A stretch of DNA of 64,000 bases from NCBI GenBank assembly GCA_002269645.1, contig NIVC01000491.1, positions 62,001 to 126,000 on the forward strand. The letters run 5' to 3'. The notes under the pieces were generated by a model. It made no database searches. It worked only from the letters and a program-made list of their open reading frames with translations, and was not told the DNA's origin. Both the position numbers and the translations under genes were made by a program. This DNA comes from Macrostomum lignano (lineage: Eukaryota). Each line of letters opens with the position of its first letter. The first letter of the stretch is position 1. Shown piece by piece: positions 48,865-61,680 of the stretch.

Positions 48865-48970
48865 ATTGGCTCAGCGGCTTCATTGGCTGCCGTGTCTTCC
48901 CTTATTCTCAGTCTCCCTCTCTCCATTCAACAAGCCTATAAAACTGCCTCCCTGACTGCCTGCTCAGCTC
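48865..48970 (+). promoter_or_regulatory. Putative core promoter of the secreted peptide gene (2x CCAAT, TATA, Inr)
   Basis: ATTGG at 48865 and 48882, TATAAAA at 48937-48943, and Inr-like TCAGCT with its A at 48966, 29 nt after the TATA start and 120 nt upstream of the ATG. Confidence 0.55.
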
Positions 48971-49085
48971 TCTTCGCTGCCAACTATTTTGTTATCGAAA
49001 TTGAGGCGAGTTTTCCAACAGGAAACGACATTTTACGCTGGTTAATTATTTGTGATTATAAAAATATAAGCTCTAGTTGAGGCCA

Positions 49086-49645
49086 ATGTCTCGCTTTGTT
49101 GTTCTGTCTCTGGCGGCCCTGCTGCTTGTGTCAACTCTGTTGGTTTCGTCTGCTTCTGCCGCCGCTGCTGCTTCTGGCGGTCCGCCGAGTCGCCCGTCGG
49201 CGGCCAGCAGCGCCAGGCAGTCGCAGTCGGCGATTGTTGAAGACGAGAACGCCGACGATTCTGCCATCCTACCGTTGGAATATTTCCCGCTAATGGAGCC
49301 CCATCATCGCTGCCTGTTTGTCTGCCGCTACTGCTACCAGCATAATGTAAATGCAATTTTCTTCTCTCTTAACACTACTGACTTGAATAAGTAGGCAATT
49401 AGCAAATTAACATAAAAAATTTTATTGCATTCACAAATTTTTACGACAATATGTTTTTATCCTACTATGAGTAGTTTTTTTTTCAAAAAACGAGAAATAT
49501 TCCGTTTCAGACCGCCGGCCTGCTGCACTGTGCCAACAATTGGTGCCTGGCCCGCGTTAAGAACATGCTGGAACTGCCGCGTAGCGCCTACCGGGAGTGC
49601 CCGGCCATGGGCCTGGTTGACTTGGCCGGTCGGAACGTCGCTTAA
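49086..49645 (+). CDS. Secreted six-cysteine peptide precursor, 131 aa (eclosion-hormone-like candidate)
   Basis: Exons 49086-49346 and 49511-49645 (phase 0, AAT|gtaaat ... tttcag|ACC). Signal-peptide-like MSRFVVLSLAALLLVSTLLVSSASA, an acidic spacer, then CLFVCRYCYQHNTAGLLHCANNWCLARVKNMLELPRSAYRECPAMG. Confidence 0.8.
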
Positions 49646-50115
49646 TTAAATGGGAACTTGTGAACCTGCCGACTCCGAACTATTTAAACAGTAGCGCTGA
49701 CAATACGGATGAGACCATTTTTAACAACAAGTGCGCCGCGCGATAGCGGAGAATGCAAACCCAGAATAAGCACGAGAGGTGATTATATTTTCGAAAGAAA
49801 GTTTTTTTCGATACATATCGTACGGTAAGAATAATATCAAAATATATTAATAATCAAGGCTAATCACCTCTGGTAGCTTCTAAACATTTGTAATAACATT
49901 ATTATTAACATTATTGGTCAATGCGGTTGGCAAAATAATAAAGCAGATTCCGTTTCGTCTGTAATGTTTGGCAAAATTATTTGTTTTGTTTGAATTATTT
50001 CACTTCACTGTATTTAGAATATGGAATGTGTGTAGGAATCCTGACCGAGCTCCGGCTATAGATTGCCTGGGTTTTTCGGTGGGACCTGTCATAATTGACA
50101 GCTCTACTGTATCTG

Positions 50116-50312
50116 TCTGTCTGTCTAATCTATCTAATCTATCTGTATATCTGTCTATCTAGCTATCTATCTATCTAATCTATCTGTATATCTGTCTATC
50201 TAGCTATCTATCTATCTAATCTGTCTGTCTATCTATCTATCTAATCTGTCTGTCTATCTATCTATCTGTCTATCTATCAATCTATCTATCTATCTATCTA
50301 TGTAGTCTATCA
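50116..50312. repeat. (TATC)n/(TGTC)n microsatellite
   Basis: Interrupted run. Confidence 0.9.
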
Positions 50313-50492
50313 ATCTATTAATTTATATCCTAGATAGCTAGGCGTCTATCTGCAAATTCTCAGTCCACTTGCATTGATCAACTGCTCCCACCCGTAGAGC
50401 TAGGAGTGGAATTTTATTAGCAAATTACCTCAAGCTTGTAATCAATGCCAATGCCAATCGATTTCGGTTCACTTTCCTTTCACTTCAGTGCC

Positions 50493-50540
<48 letters not shown>

Positions 50541-51014
50541 CAGTTTCCTTCTCTCCATCTTGCATCTGTTGTCTAGTTCCAATGCGTCTGAAATTGAATA
50601 TTCTAGTGGAGAGCCGGTTCGCTGCTTACTCATTCGCCAGTCTCCCTGTCTGAAGTCTTGTGAGCTGTTCCCAGCGCACAGCACTATAGAGTGCGGCTCT
50701 TAGTCTTTTTTCGATTCTTGTTCTCCTGCTTGTGAGCTCAGCTGCATCTGGGCCGCCCGCGCACCCATCTCCACTTTTTTGAGAACCGAGCTAATGGAAT
50801 TTTACAGACAAACCCCGCCTTGTTCGAGGCCTAAGTGCGTTTCACATTTTTTCTGTCTGTTTGTCCGTTCCGACGTCAGGAACTGCAAACTTACGGCTAG
50901 TCGAGAACTGGAGCAGAAAATTATGACAGTATCTATAGCCTAGCGTTATTATAGTATAGGTTTGGAAATTTTTGTGCCAATAAATTTGTAGCAATAAAAA
51001 GTTCACGAGCTTCA

Positions 51015-51252
51015 GACCCTCAGTTACTGGGCCAGCCTCCCAGATCATCAGTTGCTGGGTCAGACTTCCAGAGTGTCAGTTGCTGGGCCAGACTTCCAGA
51101 TCCTCAGTTGCTAAGCCAGCTTCCCAGATCCTCAGTTGCTGGGCAAGCCTCCCAGATCCTCAGTTGCTGGGCAAGCCTCCCAGATCCTCAGTTGCTGGGC
51201 CAGCCTCCTAGATCCTCAATTGCTGGGCTAGACTCCGAGATCCTCAGTTGCA
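51015..51252. repeat. 28 bp minisatellite CAGATCCTCAGTTGCTGGGCCAGCCTCC upstream of TMEM50
   Basis: About 8 copies. Confidence 0.88.
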
Positions 51253-51336
51253 TCTCAATAAAAACGTGAATTATTATCACGCTCAATTGATGCCCTAATT
51301 TTCACACGAGCACCAGTTACACAAACGGCACAAACA

Positions 51337-51822
51337 ATGTCCGGTTGCCTTGACAACGTTCGCCTACCAAAATGCGACTGCTCAGCGGTGCGGCCGTATC
51401 GCAATTTAATCTCCAGCATTCTGGGCGGCTGCCTCGTCTCCATCGGCTGGTGGATCATGATCGATGCAGCCGCTGGTTATCCGTCGCAGTCGGAGATGCA
51501 CCACGCGGTGCACACGTGCGGAGTGCTGGCTACTGTAGCGGTGTTCATGGTTAACTCTATTAGCAATGGCCAGGTGACTGGCAGTGACACCTACACTGAC
51601 GGCTGCTTTGGGCAGAATGCTGCCAGACTGTGGCTATTCTTGGGCTTCATCTTGGCTTTCGGATCGCTGATTGCATCAGTTTGGATTCTATTTGGCGTGT
51701 ACGTTGGGCCGCAGAAGTCTCCTATGTGGCCGGGTGTTGCTATCTTCCTGCAGAATGGCTTTATCTTTGCCGGCAATATGATCTTTAAATTTGGTCGCTC
51801 AGAGGAGTTGTGGGACGACTAA
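51337..51822 (+). CDS. TMEM50: Transmembrane protein 50 (UPF0220/Vps68 family), 161 aa, single coding exon
   Basis: GWWIMIDAA, HTCGVLAT, VNSISNGQV, GCFGQNAARLWLFLGF, FLQNGFIF, KFGRSEELW match TMEM50A/B end to end. Confidence 0.95.
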   Translation: MSGCLDNVRLPKCDCSAVRPYRNLISSILGGCLVSIGWWIMIDAAAGYPSQSEMHHAVHTCGVLATVAVFMVNSISNGQVTGSDTYTDGCFGQNAARLWLFLGFILAFGSLIASVWILFGVYVGPQKSPMWPGVAIFLQNGFIFAGNMIFKFGRSEELWDD

Positions 51823-52102
51823 TTAGAGTCGAAATACGCAACTCTGCACAGCGTTAAAAATTTAGCGTCAAAACCTGTAGACAAAACTGGAATTGACATA
51901 ACTATTTTTCTATATGCTTATGATTATTGAAATCTGTGGCGATTGTTGTACCTCTCTTGTAAATTATTTCTGTTTATATGTCGTATGTCTCTTTTTGCTG
52001 CTTTCAAAACAAAGCTTCTTTTAAAAATAAGATACCTACTTACCAGCAGAAATTTGATCTTAACTTACTCACTTTTTTGAAGTCCTCATCCTAAAAATTG
52101 AC

Positions 52103-53045
52103 TCTAATCCACCCTGAGAATCGGCTCTAATCCACCCTGAGAATCGGCTCTAATCCACCCTGAGAATCGGCTCTAATCCACCCTGAGAATCGGCTCTAAT
52201 CCACCCTGAGAATCGGCTCTAATCCTCCCTGAGAATCGGCTCTAATCCTCCCTGAGAATCGGCTCTAATCCACCCTGAGAATCGGCTCTAATCCACCCTG
52301 AGAATCGGCTCTAATCCACTCTGAGAATCGGCTCTAATCCACCCTGAGAACCGGCTCTAATCCACCCTGAGAATCGGCTCTAATCCACCCTGAGAATCGG
52401 CTCTAATCCACCCTGAGAATCGGCTCTAATCCACCCTGAGAATCGGCTCTAATCCACCCTGAGAATCGGCTCTAATCCACCCTGAGAATCGGCTCTAATC
52501 CACCCTGAGAATCGGCTCTAATCCACCCTGAGAATCGGCTCTAATCCACCCTGAGAATCGGATCAAATCCACACTGAGAATCGGCTCTAATCCACCCTGA
52601 GAATCGGCTCTAATCCACCCTGAGAATCGGCTCTAATCCACCTGAGAACCGGCTCTAATCCACATTGAGAATCGGCTCTAATCCACCCTGAGAATCGGCT
52701 CTAATCCACATTGAGAATCGGCTCTAATAAATTCTTAGAATCGGCTCTAATCCACCCTGAGAATCGGCTCTAATCCACCCTGAGAATCGGCTCAAATCCA
52801 CACTGAGAATCGGCTCTAATCCACCCTTAGAATCGGCTCTAATCCACCCTGAGAATCGGCTCTAATCCACCTGAGAACCGGCTCTAATCCACATTGAGAA
52901 TCGGCTCTAATAAATTCTTAGAATCGGCTCTAATCCACCCTGAGAATCGGCTCTAATCCACCCTGAGAATCGGCTCTAATAAATTCTTAGAATCGGCTCT
53001 AATCCACCCTGAGAATCGGCTCTAATCCACCCTGAGAATCGGCTC
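52103..53045. repeat. 23 bp satellite GAGAATCGGCTCTAATCCACCCT (array 1, ~40 copies)
   Basis: Same unit as 58797-61680. Confidence 0.96.
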
Positions 53046-53504
53046 TGTTGTATTTAAAAAATAGTTTCTTAAATCAAGGGCATTCAATTAAATCATTTCG
53101 TGACAGAAAAACTTGTATTCTTCAAAATATTCAGTTTTCTTGTTAACCTGAATTATAGATTTTTAGCTATTAAGCATCAATTTGCTTGCTAAGAATAAAA
53201 TTGTAGTTTTGTTACCGTTTATCCTGACTTGGCTTTCTTATTGGCCTAAGAAAGTTAATTCGTTTTGGGCACAAAATTTGTGTATTAAATATTTCTTGTG
53301 TAATCACATTGAGTGCTTTACTGTTTATTGTCAATAATTTTTGTCGATTTTACAGAATAATCATTCTGTTTCAATAATCTCTGTAGCGGTTTTTTGAAAC
53401 GTTTTAATTCTGTCATGGGTTCTGAGGCATCTATTCAGTAAGGGTAAGACTTTGAAAATTGTAACAATTAAACAAACTTAGAATGAAACCAGCAATCTAG
53501 TGCC

Positions 53505-54298
53505 CCCCTCCTCAGAAATTCCCCCCGTGAGCCTTGACATCTCAGCAATTCCCCCTGAAAACCTTGACATCTCAGCAGTTCCCCCCGTAAGCCTTTACAT
53601 CGCAGCAATTCCCCCAGAAAATCTTGACATCTCAGCAATTCCCCCAGAAAACCTTGAAATCTCAGCAATTCCCCCAGAAAACCTTGACATCGCAGCAATT
53701 CCCCCAGAAAACCTTGAAATCTCAGTAATTCCCCCAGAAACCTTGAAATCTCAGCAATTCCCCCTGAAAATCTTGAAATCTCAGCAATTCCCCCTGAAAA
53801 CCTTGAAATCTCAGCAATTCCCCCTGAAAACCTTGAAATCTCAGCAATTCCTCTTGAAAATCTTGACGTCTCAGCAATTCCCCCAGAAAACCTTGACATC
53901 GCAGCAATTCCCCCTGAAAACCTTGACATCTCAGCAATTCCCCCTGAAAACCTTGACATCTCAGCAATTCCCCCTGAAAACCTTGACATCTCAGCAATTC
54001 CCCCTGAAAACCTTGAAATCTCAGAAATTCCCCCTGAAAACCTTGACATCTCAGCAATTCCCCCTGAAAACCTTGAAATCTCAGAAATTCCCCCTGAAAA
54101 CCTTGACATCGCAGCAATTCCCCCTGAAAACCTTGACATCGCAGCAATTCCCCCTGAAAACCTTGACATCGCAGCAATTCCCCTGAAAACCTTGAAATCT
54201 CAGAAATTCCCCCTGAAAACCTTGACATCGCAGCAATTCCCCCTGAAAACCTTGAAATCTCAGAAATTCCCCCCTCCCCCGTGAGCCTTGGCATCTCA
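53505..54298. repeat. 30 bp minisatellite GCAATTCCCCCTGAAAACCTTGACATCTCA
   Basis: Period 30. Confidence 0.94.
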
Positions 54299-54627
54299 GC
54301 AAATTTACGCTTTTAAGGTTATGGAAGCTCGTTTTAAATGGTTATAAAATTTGCCTTTTTACGAGCGTACGCGTGTACTATTTTTCAGCAAGTTAAGTTA
54401 AACGTTTGAAGTTTTCCTGTTGAACCTAACAATACATTGCAGAAAGCGCCGTAACTTTTTATAGAATTTCTATGCACTGACACTACAGACTCCTCTCTCA
54501 GTCGGAGTTTGCCGTTTAATTTGTGAAATATATAAAAATTAATCAGTTTTTATCAGTTCACGCATACATGATCAGCTGTGATTGTTATTGCTTTTAATTG
54601 CTTTTAACTGTTAGATCTCTGTGCCCG

Positions 54628-55545
54628 TTATCTCTCTTTATCCCTACCCGTTATCTCCCTCTACCCCTACCCTTTATCTCCCTATATCCCTACCCGTTAT
54701 CTCCCTCTACCCCTACCCTTTATCTCCCTATATCCCTACCCGTTATCTCCCTCTATCCCTACCCGTTATCTCCCTCTACCCCTACCCTTTATCTCCCTAT
54801 ATCCCTACCCGTTATCTCCCTCTACCCCTACCCTTTATCTCCCTATATCCCTACCCGTTATCTCCCTCTACCCCTACCCTTTATCTCCCTATATCCCTAC
54901 CCGTTATCTCCCTCTACCCCTACCCTTTATCTCCCTATATCCCTACCCGTTATCTCCCTCTATCCCTACCCGTTATCTCCCTCTACCCCTACCCTTTATC
55001 TCCCTATATCCCTACCCGTTATCTCCCTCTACCCCTACCCTTTATCTCCCTATATCCCTACCCGTTATCTCCCTCTATCCCTACCCTTTATCTCCCTCTA
55101 TCCCTACCCGTTATCTCCCTCTATCCCTACCCGTTATCTCCCTCTATCCCTACCCGTTATCTCCCTAAATCCCTACCCGTTATCTCCCTCTATCCCTACC
55201 CGTTATCTCCCTCTACCCCTACCCTTTATCTCCCTATATCCCTACCCGTTATCTCCCTCTATCCCTACCCTTTATCTCCCTATATCCCTACCCGTTATCT
55301 CCCTCTATCCCTACCCGTTATCTCCCTCTATCCCTACCCGTTATCTCCCTCTATCCCTACCCGTTATCTCCCTAAATCCCTACCCGTTATCTCCCTCTAT
55401 CCCTACCCGTTATCTCCCTAAATCCCTACCCGTTATCTCCCTCTATCCCTACCCGTTATCTCCTTCTATCCCTACCCGTTATCTCCCTTTATCCCTACCC
55501 TTTATCTCCCTCTATACCTACCCGTTGTCTCCCTCTCCCTGCCCG
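54628..55545. repeat. 22-23 bp minisatellite CCCTACCCGTTATCTCCCTCTAT
   Basis: Tandem copies with alternating variants. Confidence 0.93.
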
Positions 55546-55848
55546 TTATCTCTCACTCTCATCTCCCCAGCTTCCTTCGATACTTCCTTAACGAAACAGT
55601 CAAAATTTTCCTTTGATCTTCAGATTTTTTCGATCCGTTTTTTCCGGATCGAATTTCGCTCGTTTAGTTAAATAGTTTTTTTTCTTACCGTCATTCCACC
55701 TGATCTTATAATCTCCTAACCGAATCCTTTGATCGTATCTGATTTCGTTTTTGAGTCTTCTTCTTTGAATCCTCTTCCGGGCAAAAACAGGCAACAGAGA
55801 GAAAAAAGATAAATCGCTGTTTCTGCTGTCTTTTCTTCTGTACTGCAG

Positions 55849-56204
55849 AGCACTAAAATTCGAGCCGTTAGCCTCGCCGCAGGCGGCAGCTGGACTAGCT
55901 TCATCATCGCTACTAGATGGAGCTTAACAACCCACGGTGTTGTAGCAACTCGATTCGGGCATCACCATCAGCAGCATCTGCTGCATCGCTGCTGGCTCAG
56001 CTCTGCCTCGCGTAGAAACCGGCCAAACTATCCTGCGCTGGATGAGTCCGCTATTCGTGAGCAGTTTGTGAGCGGCTCCGGCCCCGGCGGGCAGAAGATT
56101 AACAAGACTCAGAATAAGGTGAAATTCTATATTGTAGAGACTGTAGCCTGTGTAGGCGTAGTTTTGATATCCAATTCTACAGACAGACAGACAGACAGAC
56201 AGTC

Positions 56205-56252
<48 letters not shown>

Positions 56253-56318
56253 CAGACGGACAGACAAGACAGATAGTCAGACAGACAGACACTAAGACAG
56301 ACACTAAGACAGACACTA

Positions 56319-56369
<51 letters not shown>

Positions 56370-56382
56370 TAGACAGACAGTC

Positions 56383-56423
<41 letters not shown>

Positions 56424-56446
56424 GGCAGGCAGACAGACAGCCAGAA

Positions 56447-56519
<73 letters not shown>

Positions 56520-56522
56520 CTA

Positions 56523-56585
<63 letters not shown>

Positions 56586-56618
56586 TAGACAGACAGACAG
56601 ACAGACCGACAGACAGAC

Positions 56619-56655
<37 letters not shown>

Positions 56656-56678
56656 GGCAGGCAGACAGACAGCCAGAA

Positions 56679-56743
<65 letters not shown>

Positions 56744-56746
56744 CTA

Positions 56747-56809
<63 letters not shown>

Positions 56810-57409
56810 TAGACAGACAGACAGACGGACGGACAGACAGACAGACAGACAGGTAGATTCAGCATCATCGCGTGAACACGTTTCCCAGTGTAACCATATC
56901 TCAATTCGGTGCTTCTCTTTGTTTAAGTCTATCTAATCTCGTTCCTCTCATCCATTCTCTTATCGACTTAACTATCATTATCTAACCTACGTAGTGACAT
57001 CTATCCTCATTTCCTCTCATCTACTCTCTACTCATCCCTTCTCATCTACTCTCATCAATTCTCATATAATATGTTCTCTTCCCAGGTAGTCCTGACCCAC
57101 CTGCCCACGGGCACTGTGGTGCACTGCCAGGAAACCAGGTCCCTACACGAGAATCGTCAAATCGCCCGTCGCCGCCTTCAAGAGAAGCTGGACGTTCTCA
57201 TCAACGGCGAACACGCCGCCTCGGTGGTGGCCGAACGAGAGCGTCGAGCTCAGGACCGCTACGAGCACGGCAGGAGCGTGTCCCGGCTGCAGATGAAACT
57301 GCGACTCAAAGAGGAGCTCGCAAATCGGCTGCCGCAGCGGCTGGAGACGCCTCCGAGCATGGACGAGGGTGGCGAAGCTGATAGTAACAGCGGCTCTGAT
57401 GGTCGATGA
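55849..57409 (+). CDS. MTRFR: Mitochondrial translation release factor in rescue (C12orf65), GGQ peptidyl-tRNA hydrolase
   Basis: Exons 55849-56118 and 57086-57409 (phase 0). [20 protein letters not shown]|[36 protein letters not shown], followed by a basic C-terminal helix. The start codon is unresolved because there is no in-frame ATG (see findings). Confidence 0.9.
56180..56851. repeat. (GACA)n microsatellite in the MTRFR intron
   Basis: Interrupted GACA run. Confidence 0.95.
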
Positions 57410-57449
57410 CTGAGTTGTAGCGTCTTATTCTCCGTAGCCGTAGACGTAA

Positions 57450-58425
57450 ACCTCTCTCCGTAGATCTCTTATCTCACCCCGTAAATCTCTTTATCTCATC
57501 CCGTAGATCTCTTATCTTACCCCGTAGATCTCTTTATCTCATCCCGTAGATCTCTTATCTTACCCCGTAGATCTCTTTATCTCATCCCGTAGATCTCTTA
57601 TCTTACTTCGTAGATCTCTTAGCTAACCCCGTAGATCTCTTTGTCTCATCCCGTAGATCTCTTATCTTACCCCGTAGATCTCTTTATCTCATCCCGTAGA
57701 TCTCTTATCTTACCCCGTAGATCTCTTTATCTCATCCCGTAGATCTCTTATCTTACCCCGTAGATCTCTTTATCTCATCCCGTAGATCTCTTATCTTACT
57801 TCGTAGATCTCTTTGTCTCATCCCGTAGATCTCTTATCTTACCCCGTAGATCTCTTTATCTCATCCCGTAGATCTCTTATCTTACCCCGTAGATCTCTTT
57901 ATCTCATCCCATAGATCTCTTATCTTACCCCGTAGATCTCTTTATCTCATCCCGTAGATCTCTTATCTTACCCCGTAGATCTCTTTATCTCATCCCGTAG
58001 ATCTCTTATCTTACCCCGTAAATCTCTTTATCTCATCCCGTAGATCTCTTATCTTACCCCGTAGATCTCTTTATCTCATCCCGTAGATCTCCTATCTTAC
58101 CCCGTAGATCTATTTATCTCATCCCGTAGATCTCTTATCTTACCCCGTAGATCTATTTATCTCATCCCGTAGATCTCTTATCTTACTTCGTAGATCTCTT
58201 AGCTAACCCCGTAGATCTCTTTGTCTCATCCCGTAGATCTCTTATCTTACCCCGTAGATCTCTTTATCTCATCCCGTAGATCTCTTATCTTACCCCGTAG
58301 ATCTCTTTATCTCATCCCGTAGATCTCTTATCTTACTTCGTAGATCTCTTAGCTAACCCCGTAGATCTCTTATCTCCACAGTAGATCTCTTATCTCCACC
58401 AGTTGATCTCTTATCTCACCCTGTG
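57450..58425. repeat. 43 bp dimeric minisatellite GTAGATCTCTTTATCTCATCCC-GTAGATCTCTTATCTTACCCC
   Basis: Alternating 22 and 21 bp subunits, starting ~40 nt after the MTRFR stop. Confidence 0.93.
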
Positions 58426-58796
58426 GATGTCTATTCTCACCCCCCCCCCCAAAATCTTCTATTTTATCTTGGCCCGTAGATTTTAATCACAACTTACCCA
58501 CAGATCTCGATCTTATCCCATCTAGTATATCTCCTATCGCATCTCACCCTTCCCTTAGATCTCCTATCTTTAATGTCGCTGATCTTCAACTTACGTTTTA
58601 ACCAGTGTCTTTCAATTTGAAATACTCTGGCACTGCCAATAACTTGTACAGAATCTGGTATTTGAATTTGGTAATCATTAAAATAAATATACACGACTGA
58701 CCTAATAACAGATTCAATTGTCAAGGTGTGCCTGTTTTGGCTTGTAAATTCGTGTCTTCGGCATTGAGATTACCTGATTATTGATTATCAGTTGGC

Positions 58797-61680
58797 GCTA
58801 ATCCACCCTGAGAATCGGCTCTAATCCACCCTGAGGATCGGCTCTAATCCACCTGAGAATCGGCTCTAATCCACTCTGAGAATCGGCTCTAATCCACCCT
58901 GAGAATCGGCTCTAATCCACCCTGAGAATCGGCTCTAATCCACCTTGAGAATCGGCTCTAATCCACCCTGAAAATCGACTCTAATCCACCCTGAGAACCG
59001 GCTCTAATCCACCCTGAGGATCGGCTCTAATCCACCTGAGAACCGGCTCTAATCCACTCTGAGAATCGGCTCTAATCCACCCTGAGAATAGGCTCTAATC
59101 CACCCTGAGAATCGGCTCTAATCCACCCTGAGAATCGGCTCTAATCCACCCTGAGAATAGGCTCTAATCCACCCTGAGAATCGGCTCTAATCCACCCTAA
59201 AAAATCGGCTCTAATCCAACCTGAGAATCGGCTCTAATCCACCTGAGAATCGGCTCTAATCCACCCTGAGAATAGGCTCTAATCCACCCTGAGAATAGGC
59301 TCTAATCCACCCTGAGAATAGGCTCTAATCCACCCTGAGAATCGACTCTAATCCACCCTGAGAATCGGCTCTAATCCACCCTAAAAAATCGGCTCTAATC
59401 CAACCTGAGAATCGGCTCTAATCCACCTGAGAATCGGCTCTAATCCACCCTGAGAATCGGCTCTAATCCACCCTGAGAATAGGCTCTAATCCACCCTAAG
59501 AATCGGCTCTAATCCACCCTGAGAATCGGCTCTAATCCACCCTGAGGATCGGCTCTAATCCATATTAAGAATCGGCTCTAATCTACATTGAGAATCGGCT
59601 CTAATCCACCCTGAGAATCGGCTCTAATCCACCCTGAGAATAGGCTCTAATCCACCCTGAGAATCGGCTCTAATCCATCTTGAGAATCGGCTCTAATCCA
59701 CCCTGAAAATCGACTCTAATCCACCCTGAGAATCGGCTCTAATCCACCCTGAGAATCGGCTCTAATCCACCTGAGAACCGGCTCTAATCCACCCTGAGAA
59801 TCGGCTCTAATCCACCCTGAGAATAGGCTCTAATCCACCTGAGAATCGGCTCTAATCCACTTTGAGAATCGGCTCTAATCCACCCTGAGAATCGGCTCTA
59901 ATCCACCCTGAGAATCGACTCTAATCCACCTTGAGAATCGGCTCTAATCCACCCGAGAACCGGCTCTAATCCACCTGAGAACCGGCTCTAATCCACCCTG
60001 AGAATCGGCTCTAATCCACCTTGAGAATCGGCTGTAATCCACCCTGAGAATCGGCTCTAATCCACCCTGAGAATCGGCTCTAATTCAACCTGAGAATCGG
60101 CTCTAATCCACCCTGAGAATCGGCTCTAATCCACCCTGAGAATCGGCTCTAATCCACCCTGAGAATCGGCTCTAATCCACCCTGAGGATCGGCTCTAATC
60201 CACCCTGAGAATCGGCTCTAATCCACCCTGAGAATCGGCTCTAATCCACCCTGAGAGTCGGCTCTAATCCACCCTGAGAATCGGCTCTAATCCACCCTGA
60301 GAATCAGCTCTAATCCACCCTGAGGATCGGCTCTAATCCACCCTGAGAATCGGCTCTAATCCACCCTGAGAATCGGCTCTAATCCACCCTGAGAATCGGC
60401 TCTAATCCACCCTGAGAATCGGCTCTAATCCACCCTGAGAATCAGCTCTAATCCACCCTGAAAATCGGCTCTAATCCACCCTGAGAATCGGCTCTAATCT
60501 ACTCTGAGAATCAGCTCTAATCCACCCTGAGAATCGGCTCTAATCCACCCTGAGAATCGACTCTAATCCACCCTGAGAATCGGCTCTAATCCACCCTGAG
60601 AATCGGCTCTAATCCACCCTGAGAATCGGCTCTAATCCACCCTGAGAATCGGCTCTAATCCACCCTGAGAATCAGCTCTAATCCACCCTGAGGATCGGCT
60701 CTAATCCACCCTGAGAATCGGCTCTAATCCACCCTGAGAATCGGCTCTAATCCACCCTGAGAATCGGCTCTAATCCACCCTGAGAATCGGCTCTAATCCA
60801 TCCTGAGAATCGGCTCTAATCCACCCTGAGAATCGGCTCTAATCCATCTTGAGAATCGGCTCTAATCCACCCTGAGAATCGGCTCTAATCCATCCTGAGA
60901 ATCGGCTCTAATCCACCCTGAGAATCGGCTCTAATCCACCCTGAGAATCGGCTCTAATCCACCCTGAGAATCGGCTCTAATCCACCCTGAGAATCGGCTC
61001 TAATCCACCCTGAGAATCGGCTCTAATCCACCCTGAGAATCAGCTCTAATCCACCCTGAGAATCGGCTCTAATCCACCCTGAGAATCGGCTCTAATCTAC
61101 TCTGAGAATCGGCTCTAATCCACCCTGAGAATCGGCTCTAATCCACCCTGAGAATCGACTCTAATCCACCCTGAGAATCGGCTCTAATCCACCCTGAGAA
61201 TCGGCTCTAATCTACCCTGAGAATCGACTCTAATCCACCCTGAGAATCGGCTCTAATCCACCCTGAGAATCGGCTCTAATCCACATTGAGAATCGGCTCT
61301 AATCCACCCTGAGAATCGGCTCTAATCCACCATGAGAGTCGGCTCTAATCCACCCTGAGAATCGGCTCTAATCCACCCTGAGAATCGGCTCTAATCCACC
61401 CTGAGAATCGGCTCTAATCCACCCTGAGAATCGGCTCTAATCCACCCTGAGAATCAGCTCTAATCCACATTGAGAATCGGCTCTAATCCACCCTGAGAAT
61501 CGGCTCTAATCCACCCTGAGAATCGGCTCTAATCCACCCTGAGAATCGGCTCTAATCCACCCTGAGAATCGGCTCTAATCCACATTGAGAATCGGCTCTA
61601 ATCCACCCTGAGAATCGGCTCTAATCCACCTTGGGAATCAGCTCTAATCCACCCTGAGAATCAGCTCTAATCCACCCTCA
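58797..61680. repeat. 23 bp satellite GAGAATCGGCTCTAATCCACCCT (array 2, ~125 copies)
   Basis: About 2.9 kb homogeneous array between convergent genes. Confidence 0.97.

Noticed and set aside
50469-50703. Overlapping 71-aa ORFs on both strands
   Set aside because: Partly a (TG)n repeat, with no domain or consistent splice sites.
53468-55671. Repetitive ORFs over the 30-bp and 23-bp arrays
   Set aside because: Tandem-repeat artefacts.
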